Source: Vicugna vicugna (taxonomy: Eukaryota). Taken from it: a DNA stretch of 64,000 nucleotides. Numbering within the stretch: the stretch's first letter is position 1; every line of letters begins with the position of its first letter. The translations under genes and the position numbers were made by a program. This document shows positions 26,901 through 41,900 of this stretch, piece by piece. The DNA is taken from positions 6,463,779 to 6,527,778 of the forward strand of contig MU058198.1 in NCBI GenBank assembly GCA_013265495.1, given 5' to 3'. The notes beneath the pieces are model-generated. The model made no database searches, was not told the origin of the DNA, and worked only from the letters and a program-made list of their open reading frames with translations.

Positions 26901-29900
26901 CAAACTCTGAAGGCCTCTAGAAAAACTTCCTGAAAAATGAAAACCACTCACCTAGAAATACTAAACTTCCCCCACCACCCAGGACTTCCAGTGAAGTTGT
27001 CCAATACGAAAAATAGACACCCCTGGACCCTCTCTGGTTGTCCTTGTTGTCTTCAACATCACTCTTACTTCTAAGCAAAAATGTATACAGTTCTGAGGTC
27101 TTATGTATTAGATATTGTAACAAACTTACTCATTTATTCTTAGGCTGGCTACTTTGTTGCTGCTTGCATGATTGCTTGTAGAGGTTAACTTCTACAAGAG
27201 TTTCCCATATGTTCCCAATCATGGAATATGCTGTCATTTCATCGGCTTTCACTCTCCAAGCACCACCCTCTTCCTAGCTTTGTCCCTGTTTTAGGTTCCC
27301 TCCTCCCTCAAAGTCTGTGGAGCCCTCCACCCACCAACAGCAACCGTAAATGACAAATGGGACATCATGACCAACTAAATATGCTGAATTCAACATTGCT
27401 GCCATAGGTAGATTGTCAATTTTCAAACTTTAATATTAATACAGGTTCAAATTAAGCTTTACTTATTCTAATTCATCTTTTTTTCTCTGCTCTAAAAGAT
27501 ACTGAGATGCCATATAATGTATGATTCCATTTATATGAAATCCCTAGAATAGGCATAGCTATAGAGACAGAATGCAGATTTGTGACTGTCAGGGGCTAGA
27601 GGGAGACAGAAATGGGGAGTGACTGTTAATGGGTACAGGGTTTCCTCTGGAGTGATAAAAAGCTCTAAAACTAGAGTGGTAGTGGTTGTACAACATGGTA
27701 AATGTACTTTAATGTCACGGAACTGTAGGCTTTAAATGATCAACTTTCCATTATGTGTTATTCTACCACAGTCGAAAAATAATAACCAACTTAAGACTGG
27801 GAAAAAAATATGTTAAGGCACCATTTCCAATATAGTAAAGTGAGTATAAAGGATACTTAGTTAAGTAAAGTAAGCATACGGGATCTGTCTCCTATAAGCA
27901 GATAAATAAAATTTAACTTGATGAAAACTTTTCCTACCAAAAAAAAAAGATATTGAGGAACAAAGAAAAGCCATTTTTTTACCTACTAAATTTGCAACAA
28001 TATTAAGACTACCCAAAGCTGATAAGTATATTTATCTACAGCTGGTGGAAGAATAAACTGGTATAACCTGTCCAGAAAATAGGTGCTGACATACCTTTAA
28101 AATGTTCATATTAAATCTAAAACTATCTTAAAATTAAAGGTTTATTTTTAAAAACAATCTTCATACCCCTTGGGCCCTTCTGGGAATCTAGCCTAAGGCA
28201 ATTTTCTGAAATACAGAAAAAGCTTTTTGCAAAAACATTAATCACATATTATTTACAATGGCAAAAAAATGGAACAATCTAACTACTGAAGAATCCACGC
28301 AATGCAATATTATAGAGCCATTGTAAATATTTATGAAGTATTTAATGATTTGAAAAACCACTTATACTACACTAAGTGGAAAAGGCAGAAGAAAAAAACA
28401 CATTTACAGTGTGATCAACCATATTTAAAAAGCAAACAGAAAAAAAGACTAGAAGGAAACAAAAGTGTTATTAGAGGTTGAATCAGATGGTGATAATTTC
28501 TTGTCTATTGCATACTCATCAAATAGTCTACAGGGTTCAAGATACTTTTTATAATCAGGAAAAAATAAGCAAAATCAAAAGATGACAGAAAAGACCTGTG
28601 ATCACATCAGTACCTGCATTAACTGCCAAACACTACTAGGATGAAGAAGGTGCAGAAACTGAGCTAAATCACTGCCCACAAATGTTGGAAAGCTTGGCTA
28701 CTGCAGTTTTGTTTTTGTTTTTGTCTTTAAAAATCCCTATGGGAGAAGAGTACACAGGAACTCTCCATACTATTTTTGCACTCTCCTGCAAGTCTAAAAT
28801 ATCTCAACATAAGATGTTTAAATTAAATAAATGAATCCTTGACAGATCACTTAATTTGTCTTTCTCTAAAAACAGAATGCAGAGTATAGACAAATAATTT
28901 CCTGGGCACTAATAAAGTACATGGCTCCCTTCCTCATGAATTAAATAAAACCCTTTCCAGGATTAATTGCCTTCACAGAAATCACCTGTGCTGCCTATTA
29001 GACGTCTTTTTCTTCAATATTTCAAAGATTTCATCTTCATGAACTGAGTTTTTTCACTCTTCTGTGTATATCTGTGACTCCATCTGCCCAAAATGGCCCT
29101 TTGCTTCCCCACTTCATGCCTCAAATTCTTTGCCTAGTGACTTCCTACTTCTGCTTTGAAACCCAACTCATGTCACCTCCTTTGGGAAGTCTTCCCTGAT
29201 AACAACCCTCCCATTCCCAGCATGGCCAGGCCTTTTTTTTTTTTTTTTTAAGTATGCTGTACCTCTTATAAGGTTCTATGTCTATAGTTATTCCTCAGAA
29301 ACTGTATTCATTTGCTGACTTGTACATCTCCTCTTCCAGGAGTTATAAACTTCTAGAACTTCTAGTCACCCTTTTCCCTACTTACATTCAATAGCTGTAG
29401 GCCAAATGATTTCTCAGTTATTTTGCAACTCTGTTTCAAGTAAGCCCCCAAATTTACCAACAATGCTCCCTCCAGCTCCTGACTTTCCATTTCAGTAAAG
29501 AATTACAAATTACACACATTCCAGTGAGTACACCAACACAAGTGTCTTTTCAACTTTCTCCAAAAAAATCAGCAGTGTTAGCAATGGTCCAGCATTTACT
29601 TAATATTAGGAATTGCTTTTCTCTTTCTACACCCAGAATATGGTGGATCTAAGACACCAAATTTTAACATTCTACTCTTTAATTTATCCATAATTTCTCT
29701 GCTAAGAACTTAAACTTCCTCATATCTTCTCATCTGCAACACCAGTTCTACTAGCTTAATTTCTTTCGGGGATTATCTTCTATAAAGTAATAAAGATTTT
29801 TATAACTCCCAAGTCATAACCCTGATGAATAAAGAACCTCCAGGCTGCAATGAGCTAGATCAGCTGGGCCCACTCTTGCCAGGCAAATGATTAACTCCAG

Positions 29901-32900
29901 ACACCTGAAAGCATTGCAAGCCATATTTTTTTTAGAATAACAAATGATTTATCAAAGGCTTTGAAGGTTACTGACAAACAGTCAAAAACACAAGAGTTAA
30001 GTATCAAGTGTCTACTAAGTATACCAACAAAAGCTGTCCACTCAAAGCTCTTTTAATCTGTTCACTATAGAGGTGTAAAGGGGGATCTTCTCAAAATATT
30101 TTCTTGTATTTCTTTGAGATCTTTTCAAAAGTCAAGTTTTTCTCTTCATAAAAAGTCTCCTTTACAGCTACACAAGGATAGGATTTTTCAGCACTTCTCA
30201 GAAAAACATGTCTGCCCACTGAGCCCTGGAGACATGGACCAGTCAGTCACCCACACAGTAAAACGCAATGAAGGCCACCGGTGTTCCTCAAAGATAACAT
30301 ATGTGCCTGGATCTTTAATTTGCTTGTAAAGGTTGGGGGTATATGGGGAGGGTAGGGAGGAAAAAAAGAAAAGGGGAAGGAGGAAGAAAGAAAAAATATA
30401 TATTGACTTTTAAACAATTAAGGTTTAACAATCCACAATTTTCAAGAAATTTCAAGTTTACCTATAGCCCCAGGACAGATGCCTTCTCAACCAGGTGTAC
30501 GCTCTCTCTGCCGTTAGAGAATTTTCAGTAGAAAATCAGAGAAACCCTAAGCATGACTATAAACTTTCCCATGAAGCTACTTCATACATCCTTTAACATT
30601 TTAAATTCAGGCTCTGGTTCATAAGCCCAATTAACAAAACCAGCAACAAATGATTACAGGAAAAATCACTTCATCAAGGTGAGCTGTGCAACTTTCGGGC
30701 GATGAACTGCTTTCCTCCAATTAAACCTGTTCTTACATTGTATTATGACAAATAAACACAAAACCAAGTGGGGAGCAATAAATAACTTAATTACATAGAT
30801 CATCAGACAAAGGGTAAATGTATGATGGTTCAGAAAACTATCAGATTATAGTCCCATCACCAAGGTAATCATTTTATTCAAGCCTAAGTATTAGTACACA
30901 AGAAATGATAGTGTTGTTAATCTGTCTAAAATCAGCAGCATAAGATTAATCAACTAAATGTGCAACCTAGTACAAGCCTAACTTTATCACTCTACAATTA
31001 TTCACCCAAATTGTATTTTTTATTTAAAAAAAAAAAAGTTGTTGGCCAACAGAAAAATGTAGAGAGATCAGGAATGGTCAGCTGACACAGGGAAATAAAA
31101 CATTAAAAGATGTTCCACTTCACTCATAACTAAAGGACTGCACATTTAATTCCTGAGGTGCCATTTTCATCTTTCATATTAAAAAGTTTTATTGGTGTCA
31201 GCCAGAAGATGGGGAAACAGGAACTATCCTATTAGTAAGAGCACTAGCTATCAGAATTCTTCTTTACCAGAATTTTTAAGCGCATTCACTGTTTGCCACC
31301 ACAATTCCATTTCTAGAATCTTATCCTACAATCTCACAAAATGGACAAAGATATATTTGATGTTTATTGTAGTACTGATGGCATTAACAGCATATACCAA
31401 AAATCTAATGTAACTAACATTAAAGACCTAGGTAAGAACTTTTGGGCAGGCATACCATATTGCAGGGCAAACTGATGAAAGAATGATCCACACTAAAAGA
31501 TACCCTAATTGAATTACTGAACTTCAGTAATACAGATTTCTCCCAGCAATCATACAAAAAAGGCAAGTTCTCTCTAACTGAGGTAAAGGGAGAGCATCAC
31601 ATGAATTAGGCTAACCAAGCTTTTCTACACAACCACCTTCGATGGAAGGAAACAATGGAGAAATATCCACAGAAGTTCAAGGAAAATAATGTATGAACTA
31701 TGAATATTATACCCAGCCAAGTTACCATTTATGGATAAGGACAACAGACATTTTCAAAATGAAATAATTCAGAGAATAGAACAACCATGAACTCTTTCAG
31801 AAAAATATCTATGTATCAGCTAATCGATGTTAAATAGATTAAAAGGGTCAAGAAAACACTCAACAATGTCCACAAGATCTGAGGGAAAGAGTGCAGCCTA
31901 AGAATTTTATACCTAGCCAAGATGTCCTTCAAATATAAAGGCAGACAGACATTCTTAATTCACTAAATAAGGCATCCTTTTTTAAAAGTGACAAGCGGGG
32001 AGGGTATAGCTCAGTGGTAGAGCACCCTAGCATGCATGAGATCCTGGGTTCAATTCCCAGTGCCTTGACTGAAATAAATAAACCAATGAACAAATAAATA
32101 TGTAATTACGTCCCCCTGAAAAAAAATTAAAAGTACAAAAAATTAAATTAAAAAAACGGACAACAAAATCTAGCTAACAGAAATTAATCAAAAAATTCAG
32201 ATACAGAAAGACTACAGTTAAAAGAACTAGTGGGGAACGTTTCAATCCTTTAAAATAAAAAACTAAGACTAAATACCAAGGGTATTATGGTTACAGAACA
32301 GGCTACAAATGCTCTAAAGACACTGACAAAGTAAAATAAAAAGAGGGAGAAGGAAAAGTGGAAGGAGTAAAAATTTTCTTATTTTTCCTATTATGAAGTT
32401 CACTGATATTGCCTAACTGAAACATGGAATTTATTTATAAAAAATGATGCCATCTTTGTAATGTTTTTCTTATCTTTTTTCTTTATCATATAGGGATTTA
32501 CCAAGAGCTAATAATTATTGAAGTAATTATTGAAGATACTTGACAATTCATTTTTCAGTTTCACTTGTTTCATCTTCTGCTATTAAATTCAAGTGAGATG
32601 GAGAGACCTCAAGAGCACTATGTTCAGTGGAAAAAAAATCTGTATCAAAAGGGTACAGCCTTCAGATTACATTCATAAACCAACTCAAAACAACAAAACT
32701 ACAGAGATGGAGAACAGATTAGCGGTTGCTAGGAGAAAGGGAGGAGGGCTACAAATACGAAGAATATTAGGGAAGAGTTAGTTCTTTTGTGGTGATGGAA
32801 AAGCTCAGTACCTTGACTGTGGTGGTAGTTACAAGAATCAGTACATAAAATAAATTGCATAGAACCATACACATTCACATGAATGCAAGTCAAAAAATGG

Positions 32901-35900
32901 TGAAAACTGAATAAGGTCCGTAGTCAAGCCAATAATTGAATAGTACCAATGTCAACTTCCTGGTTTTGGTATTGCACACAGCTATGTAAGATGTCACCGT
33001 TGGTGGAATCTGGGTGAAGGATACACAGGACTCCTTGTACTCATTTTGCAACTTCTTGTGAGTATATAAATATTTCAAAAAGTACAGTTTTGTTAAATAC
33101 AACAGTAAATTGATTTTTATTTTAAAACTCTCACGACCTAAAAAAATCAGCATGATCACTTCTTTAATGAAAGTATTCATTTTAGGTATCTACCCTCCTT
33201 ATCCTATAGACAAATAGATACAAAGATATATGGACTATTTATATAATGTTAATCACAGTTTTAGGTAGTAGGATTTAGCATGATTTTTTTTTGCCATGTT
33301 CTTTGTCTTTTGACACTGCTTGATTTTGAGCACACATAATTTTTATAACAATTATCCAGCTGTTACTTTAAAAAAAAAAAATCTACCCAGGTCTAATTCA
33401 GGAACCAGTGATTTTTCTTCCCCAGACTGCATTTAACACACAAAATACCTTTACCTATTCAGAGAGTCTGAGACCAGAGATCTTTTTCATTATAACCCTC
33501 ATATAAAGCAACAGCAGGCTGCTCTGATGTAAATGAACTACTGCATATGCTAAGCCTAATGAGCTTAAGTAAACTGAAACACACAGAGAAGTCAAGCAAC
33601 CTTCCATTCTGTTGTCCTGTAATGTGGTCCAACTACCACTTTGCCTTCCAAAGTCACATTTTTTTTCTATTCTATCACATTAGAGCATATGCAGAAATAT
33701 CTATTTTCTTGTTTGTTATCAGCAAACTTTTACCATCTTGCCTTTTACCATTATGAGAAGTAAATTATGCATGTTTTAAGGCCAGATGACTAGATGTACC
33801 GTTTTTCCTGGGACAACATACCCAGTTGGGTTACATTTCAAGTAAAAATGCCTATGTAAATGTGCACAGTCTCAAAAAGAAACCTAGTGCTACAGAAAGA
33901 ACACAGGCTGCACATTTAGCAGCTTGGGTCTGAATCCTCTTATAAACCTGCTATGTAATTTTGGACAAGCTACTTACATTACCCTCCCTGAGCCAGTGTC
34001 CTCATCTTCCTCAACTGTAAAATGGGAAAATCCCAACCGTGCAGGGTGGCTGTAAGGGACTACACGAGGTACTGCATGCAGTATACATCAGGCCCCTAAA
34101 CAATGACTAGCACAGAGTATAATTATGAAACACAAACAGACCTTTTTCTCCCTCTGAACCCCAGCTTCCTTCCCTTCCCATCAGCCTCTTTCACCTCCCT
34201 CACTTCCCTCTGCCTGTGGGTTTCCTCAGTTACTATCCACAGCCCTCACCTGACCTCCCACACACCCCCCCTCTCCAGCAGTTCTCAGGAGCAGTTTTTG
34301 GAGCCTCACAAGTATACCATCCACATAGCATTTGTTCTAACAATTCCTCTTGCTCACCTGCTCCCCACCCCAACCTGCCCAGGGGTAAAATACTATTATC
34401 TGAGCTTGCTGGCTGCATGGGTTTTGGAAAAACAGAGTGTTTACTATATTCATACTCTACTTCATTTTTCAATCTTACTACAGTCTCCAAATGTGCTACT
34501 ATCATTTACTAACCTCAAGGGCCTACCTTGACCATCTTGGATTTGTTTTCAAATCTGACTCTTCAATTACATAAATATCTATTCAATGCTCACTGGGCAC
34601 TGGGAACGTAAAGAGTGAGACTCATCTGATACGGACTCATAATAAAGTGAAAGAACTAATCCTCTCCATCCCCAGGCTTGGAGGGGGAAGAAGGGGGAGG
34701 AAGGGAGAGGAAGCCAGGGAAAGGACGGAGGAGTTCACATTTCGCTCTTGAAACTTCTGAATTATCTGACACTTACTACAAGAATGTAGTCTTGTAATTC
34801 TTATATAAGAAAAACAAATAAATCAAAACATAAAAGCAAAAAGAAAACATAACTATAATCAAAGATAATAAATGTTAAATCACTGGCTGGAAAGCCTCAA
34901 AGAGGTCATGTTCATGGTAGGTAAGGTCTCACCTGCAAAAAGAAGAAAAGGACATTCAAGCAGAGGGAAGAGTAGTGAAAAAGGCAGGTAAGTGTGAAAG
35001 GGTACTTGGTGTTCTGGGAATGACAAGTGGTTTGCTGCGGTTAGAGAACAAGATATAATTCGAGAAGTCTTTAAAAGATATTCCAAACAAATCACTTTAA
35101 GTATTTAATCATCTTCATCCTTACTGAGACAACTAAAAGTAGGTGAAATTATGAAAATCCAGAACCCATGTGCTTTCCACTATTCTTCCATGGTAAAAAC
35201 TTGGTCTCTGACAACACTGGAGACCCTCTGCTCTGAATAATTTGGGGTCAAGTGACATGATCACATCTCAGTTCCATGAGGTAGCTCTGGCAGGAATACA
35301 GGAAGATGGACTAGAGGAAGAAGAACCTGGAAGCTGTTGAGACACCAACCATGAGAGCAAGAGATGACAATTGGCCTGACCGAAGTGGAGGGAATGGAGG
35401 GAAAGGTCAAGCTCAGGACACAAATAAGTTAGCTACAGCATCAACAGGTCTACAAGTGAGGGACTAAAGGCAAAGAGGAAGTTAAAGATGACTCAGGTTG
35501 ATCACTTGAGTATCCAGTGAATAAGACCAGTAACAGAACTAAGCATGGGGGTGGAGGCGCTACCCCAAGGGAAAGATGATAGATTTGGTTAACACATGTA
35601 TAATTTGATGTCCACAGGACACCCCGGTGGATATTCAAGGCTGGAGAGGATGGTTGAGTTTTCACTGGTACACAGGTCATGGCTGAGGCCATAAGAAAGA
35701 AGATCAAGGGAAACTGAACTAAAATAATGGAAGCCAAAGGAACCAAGAAAAAGGGTTTTGGGTGGGGGAAAGGAGGACCAGTGGTTGCCAAAAGGAAAAG
35801 TCAGATGACACAAGGACTGAAATGAGGCTATTTATGTATTCATTGTACTACACCACTTTATATAAGGGACTTGAGCATCCGCTGATTTTGGTATACATTG

Positions 35901-38900
35901 GGGCTCCTAGAACCAATCCCCTACAGATACTGAGGGACGAATGTACACTGGATTCAACATACAGGCATCACTGAAAAGTAGTGAAAACAAAAAAACCAGT
36001 CTGCAATGGGTTGCACAATGAACCACTGGTAGGGAGGGAAAGGGAGGTTGAAAAAGTAGAGACAGAAAGTAGCAGTCGCACATTCAGGAGCTCGGTCCCT
36101 CTTCACCCCAGCCTGTGCTGTTACATCCACCTTGACTTGGACATGTATGTCGACAATCCAACTACCTAAAACCATCAAGATCCTTGTTCTGCCCAAAGTC
36201 AATTACCTTCAGCTCAACACAATAGCAAATGCCTGCCTACAGACACAGTCAAATCCCTTATTCTATCAGCCCATCTGCTTACATCTTCATGTCAGCTTCT
36301 TTACCTGGTGTCTCTTTCATTCCTACCAAATCACCCATTAATTAAAATTTCCCACTATTCCCAATTGCTAGTTTAGAGGCTTCCAAAATCAGCTTAAGCT
36401 CACCCCTTCCTTCAACCCTCGAGTATGGAATCAGTTTTAAGTGACAACTCTCTTGGTCAAGTCTTTCTCTCCACTCGTAACTCCTCATCCACGAGCAGGC
36501 CTTTGTCACATCCATATAGGCCTGGTGTCCTATCTGGTTTCCCACACCACTCTTAACCTATACACAGTAGGTGGGTTAATTTTCCTTTAAGGAAAAATTA
36601 GCCTAAAAACAAAGCCAAACTCCCCAGAGTAGTGCTGGAGGCTCTCCATCATCCAGCCTTTAACTGCTTTTTTAAGCTTTCTCTCCAACTACTTCACAAA
36701 AATCTCCACCATGGCCAAACCAGTCTATTAGATGATTTCTTAACACTACACGTTTAGCTATACCCTTCTCTTCTGAAACACCCCCTCTCTGAAAGTTCTA
36801 GTCATCATAGGGAACATCGCTTACTCCCTTTCTCGAAAGGTCTTGAACACTCAAGACCTCCACAGCATTCCTAACTACAATGTAACTGTCTACTAGGCCA
36901 GAAACTGCTCTAGGCTCTTGGGATATATTAGTGAACAGAGCAAAGCTTTAGGGAGTTAATATTTTAGCAGAAAGAGGTAACAAAAAATAGACTTCATAAA
37001 TAACTTAAGCATGTGAAGTGTTTAAAAGTGTAAATGCTACAAATAAAGAAGTAAAGTGGGATATGAAGGACTGGAAGTTCTGAAATGGGATTAAAATTTT
37101 AAGTAGGGTGGTCAGAACTGGCCTCACTGGGAAGGTGACTCTGGAGAATACTTGAAGAAGGTCATGTTGGGCATGTAGGTATCTCGGGGAAAGTGCGATC
37201 CAAGCAAAGGCAACAGCTAGGCCAAAGCCCTGAGGCAGGAACATACTCAGAACATTTGAACAGCAAGGAGGGCAGGTAGCTGAACAGAATGAGCCAAGGG
37301 AAGAGTAGCAGGAGATGGGATCAGAGTGTAACCTGGGGCCTGGAGGGCACCGTAAGTCATGGAGGCACATGTGGGCCGCTATGGCCTTCACCCTCAGTGA
37401 GATGAGGAGCCACGGCAACAGGGCTGACACATGATTTGCCTTAGATTTTTCAAAGGATCACTGAGGCTACTGTGTTGAAAACAGTCTATAACGGGGCAAG
37501 GTCAGAAGCAAGGAGAACAGTTAGGAGGCAACTGCAGTAATTCAGGCAAGAGATGATGAAGGCCTAAACAGAGAGGTAGCAGTGGAGAAAACAAGAAGAG
37601 ATAAAATCCTGGCTGCATTTCGAAGGTAGAAAACAGTCAGCTTTCCTGATATGGACCAGATGTATAGTGTGAGAGAAAGCAAGCTCAAGGATGACTTCCA
37701 AGTTTTTGGCACGAGCAACTAGAAGCTGGAGTTGCCCCCAATTAAGATAGAGAAGGCTGTCAGTGGAAAAGAATTAGAGGGGAAGATCAAGAGTTGATTT
37801 TTAGACATATTACATTTGAAGGGCCTGACATACAAGCTTGCATATCAAGTAGGCACAACTGCAGCTGAGGGGAGAAGTCTGGCCTGGGAGCTCACCAAGT
37901 CTGAGGCCTAGGGCATTCCAGCTGTTCAAAGATCAGTGGGATGAGGCAGAAATAGCCAGCAAGATGTGGGGAAACCAAAAGCACACTTCAGTGTCCTGGA
38001 GGCCAAGTGAAGAAAGACTTAACATTTCTGGAGGGAGGGATGGAGGGAGGAAGGCAGGCCTAACAGAAGGGGGAGTATTCAACTTGTCCAGTGCTACATC
38101 AGATCAAGTAAGATGAGGACGAACTACTGCGTTTAACAACAGTGGGGGCTGGGCCTGACAAGTGAGCTTAAGAGAGTAGAAGGTGAGAAATTAGAAACCA
38201 CTCTTTCCTGGAGTTTTGTTGCAAAGAGGAACAAGGAAATGGGGCAGTAGCTGGCCAGGAAAGTAGCAGTAAAGGCATTCATGATGAGAAAAAAATAGCA
38301 TGTCTGTGAGTGCATATATGCACATAAAGCCCTAAAATGCCCTAAGCACTCAAATGTTAATTCCTTCCTTCACTTCAACCCTTGACACCTATTATTTTCT
38401 ATGATCTTTCTTGATATATATCTAATCTTCATAACTATCTGCAAACTTTTAAGTAGAAAGCCCCTTTTTTCCTTGTGAAACTCAAACTCTTCCTAATCCT
38501 TCAAAACTCAAATATTCCTCCTGGCCCCTCTCCTCAGCTAATCTCCCTTAGATAGGCCCCTTTGTACCAATGCATTTATCTACTATGGTCACTCTTACCA
38601 CAGTCTCTTGTAATTATCAGAATATGTCCCATTTCCTCACTAAACCGACTCCTAGAGGGCGGGAGCAATATTACCCCTCCTGGGGTAAAAAGTTTAACAC
38701 TTAAGAGCACTGACTCTGGAGCCAGATTGTCTGGCTCTGAATGCCAGTTCCACCACTTGGTTGCAGAGTGACCGTGAAAAGTTGCCTAACTATTCTGGGC
38801 CTTGAATGTTCTCATTTATAAAATGGGAAATAAGAATAGCCTCTGCCTCCTGACACTGCTTGAAAGAGTAAACGAGTTAGCATATGTAAACTCATTAGCC

Positions 38901-41900
38901 TGGCATATGCTAAGCCCTACAAATATAAACTATCTCATTATAATACTGTATCCACAGTACCCAGGATTTTAAGCTTGATGCAAGAAGTTACTTCTTCAAA
39001 CACATTAACAGGGTTTGGGGAGGGTATTTTTTTGTTAGCTAAGTAATTTCATCATTTGAACCATGTCATGTACTAATTTTTTCAAAAGCTGTTCAGGTCA
39101 TTTCTTGTTAGTCTCCCAGACTATCTCTACTGTCGAGACTGCCAGAGGGAACCTCTAAGTACCACTGAACCTTTTCCTGCCATCTCCCTCCACCGCCATG
39201 GCTTCTTCATACCTCTCATTGCAGGGAGCACAATATAACACAGCTGTTGAACAAACGGAAGAAACACCATTTGAGTGGCCAGATTTAAGATCTGATCTTG
39301 CCTCCATTACAGGGATCACTCACGAAGTTTAAAATTCAAAAATGAGAAGCCTTTGTAACCCAAGTAATTTTCTAAACTACTTTAAAAAGTGCTACTTCAA
39401 GCAAGGATTCAATTTCCCACAAAATTTCAGTAATAAGCAAAGCTCATTCAATATTAAGTAACAACTTTTCAGAGAAGTAGTGGGAACCTCTAAGATGTTA
39501 CATCACCTAAGAACTCATGGGAATTTAACCCCAAATGATGATTTAATGAAATGTAGTTAGTTTAACTGTTCTAGTAATTTTGTGCTGCAACTACAAAACT
39601 TTAACTAGTTCTAAATTTGCAGGTCAAGATCCCTCCTCGCAGAGGGACAGTTTAAAAGAAACTCCCATACTCCCCAGCTTGCATTACTGGCTCAGAACCA
39701 AATAAAACATAGTTGGATGACATTCCCCATCATCTTCCATCTCAGGCAGCACCTGCACTGCAAGGAGCACAGGCTTGGGAGTAGAGCACCTTGGGCCCAA
39801 ATGTCGACTCCACCATTTGTTAAAAAGGTATCCTACAGCAGCTCTGCTCATCTCCCCCGTGGTAGTAACGGTAATAATGTACCTAGCAGGATTGGTGTAC
39901 TTAACTGATACTGAGTGACTTAAAAAAAAAAAACCCAATAAATGAAATATAGCTAGCTTAGTGGAGATACGTTATGTTTTTGTGGGGGGGGGGATAATTA
40001 GGTTTATTATTAATTTTAAATTTTTTTATGGAGGTACTGGGGATTGAACCCAGTACCTTGTGCCTGCTAAGCAAGTGCTCTACCACTGAGCTACACTCAC
40101 CCGCCTAAGATATTTAATAAATGGTAGTTTTATCATATTACACCATTTCCATCTTATTAGTGTAGAAGTTTTAGAAAGAAGATATTAAAAAGGCCCAAAC
40201 TTACATGCCAACTCTTTAAAGTAAAAATGTTTAGTCACTAATAAGTAGAAAGGAAAAAAGTTCCTGGAACAATTTAGAACCGTGATCCCAGGCAAAAGAC
40301 TCCCATCCTGTAACACACAAACCAGGCAATGACTTCCTTGTTTTGGGGGTACAAGATTTGCCCACCCACATTCCTAACCCTGAGACACCTACAGAAGATG
40401 AACCCCTGGTGTCAGTGCTGCAGAAAGGACACGATTTGACAGTCCTATTCACCTTACATCTGCTGTGGTCATCCTCTGCATGCTCAAGTAAGTGAGGGGT
40501 AGATTACAAACAACTTATCTCTGAAAAAAATGTAAATGGTGATCATGAAGTCAACTATTTTACAACTAATTGCTAAAAGGTCATTTTTATAATGCTCTCC
40601 TGACTGCCAATTAAAATGAAACCTGAATACAAGGGTGCTTAGCTAGCTGAAGTCCATAACCAATAAAATTCTATCGAAAGGTTCTAAAGCAATGTTGTAA
40701 GCTACCGAGGGAAGGTACATGTCTCTCTTGTTTACCTGACATTCCCTAGAGCCTGGCATATAGTGGCTACTTAAAATTCATTAAAAGATTTGTATACTCA
40801 TTTTCACAGCCATCATTATTCACAATAGTCAAAAGGTGGAAGTAACCCAGTGTTCATCAACAAGATGACTGGATAAACAAAATGAGAGATATACACACAA
40901 TGGAATATTATTCAGCCTTAAAAAGGAAGGAAATCCTGACAGATGCTACAACACGGATGAACCTTGAGGACATTATCCTAAGTAAAATAAGGCAGCCATA
41001 AAAAGACAAACACTGTATGATTCTATTTATGAGAGTAATCAAATTCATAGACAGAAAGTAGAATAGCGGTTGCTAGGGGACAGGTGGAAAAGTGAATGGG
41101 GGTTGTTCAGTGAGTACAGTTTCAGTTTTACAAGATGAAAAAAATTTCTGGGGCCGGATGCCTAACAATGTGATTGTACTTAATGCTACTGAACCATAAT
41201 CTTAAAAATGGTTAAAATGGTAAGTTTTGTTATGCATATAACACCACAATTTAAAAGTAAAAGCAAAAAATTCATTGAAAGAATAAACGAAGTAAGGAAC
41301 ACTGAGTACTATTTTCATCATTCACTAAATATTATATCTCATACCTGTGGATTATTCAGAGAGAATTCCTGCCTCCACACTTTACAGTTGAGGAAATCGA
41401 GACTGAGAGATTATCTGATCTGCCACTATCCTATAGTATCTATTATATTGTACTGCTCTGTATTAATGGTGTGTTTTATCTGACTAGTTGTAAGCTCCAC
41501 GAAGACAAGGGTTATACCCTAGGTTTTCTTTCTATGCCCAGCACCTAACACATCACCCACAGGCCCCCTGAATGTTCTGAAAACCCCACTGGCCTGAACA
41601 TTACATATGTCATTCCGTCCCTTTCTCTACTAAACCCCTAACATGGGAGGGGTAAAACAGGCAGCCTTAAGAACACTTCTGTATCTGGAGGTGCTCAAAC
41701 ACAGGCTAGGGAATCAACCACTCCCTACGGGCTTACCATGCACCAAGAGCTGGGCCAGATAAAACTTCAGATAATTTCATCTCTGAGGGAACTGAGTCTA
41801 CTGCAGTAGACAGGTTAAGTCTCAGAAATAATTACAGTAACAATAAGACAAATGCTTAAAAACAGATGCGACTACACAAATCTATGGGAGTACTGAGAGT

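Noticed and set aside
37005..37430. 141-aa ORF
   Set aside because: Lies within an L2 relic; chance open frame.
31997..40105. Inverted SINE pair in intron 1 as an ADAR substrate
   Set aside because: About 8 kb apart, short and diverged; pairing is unlikely.
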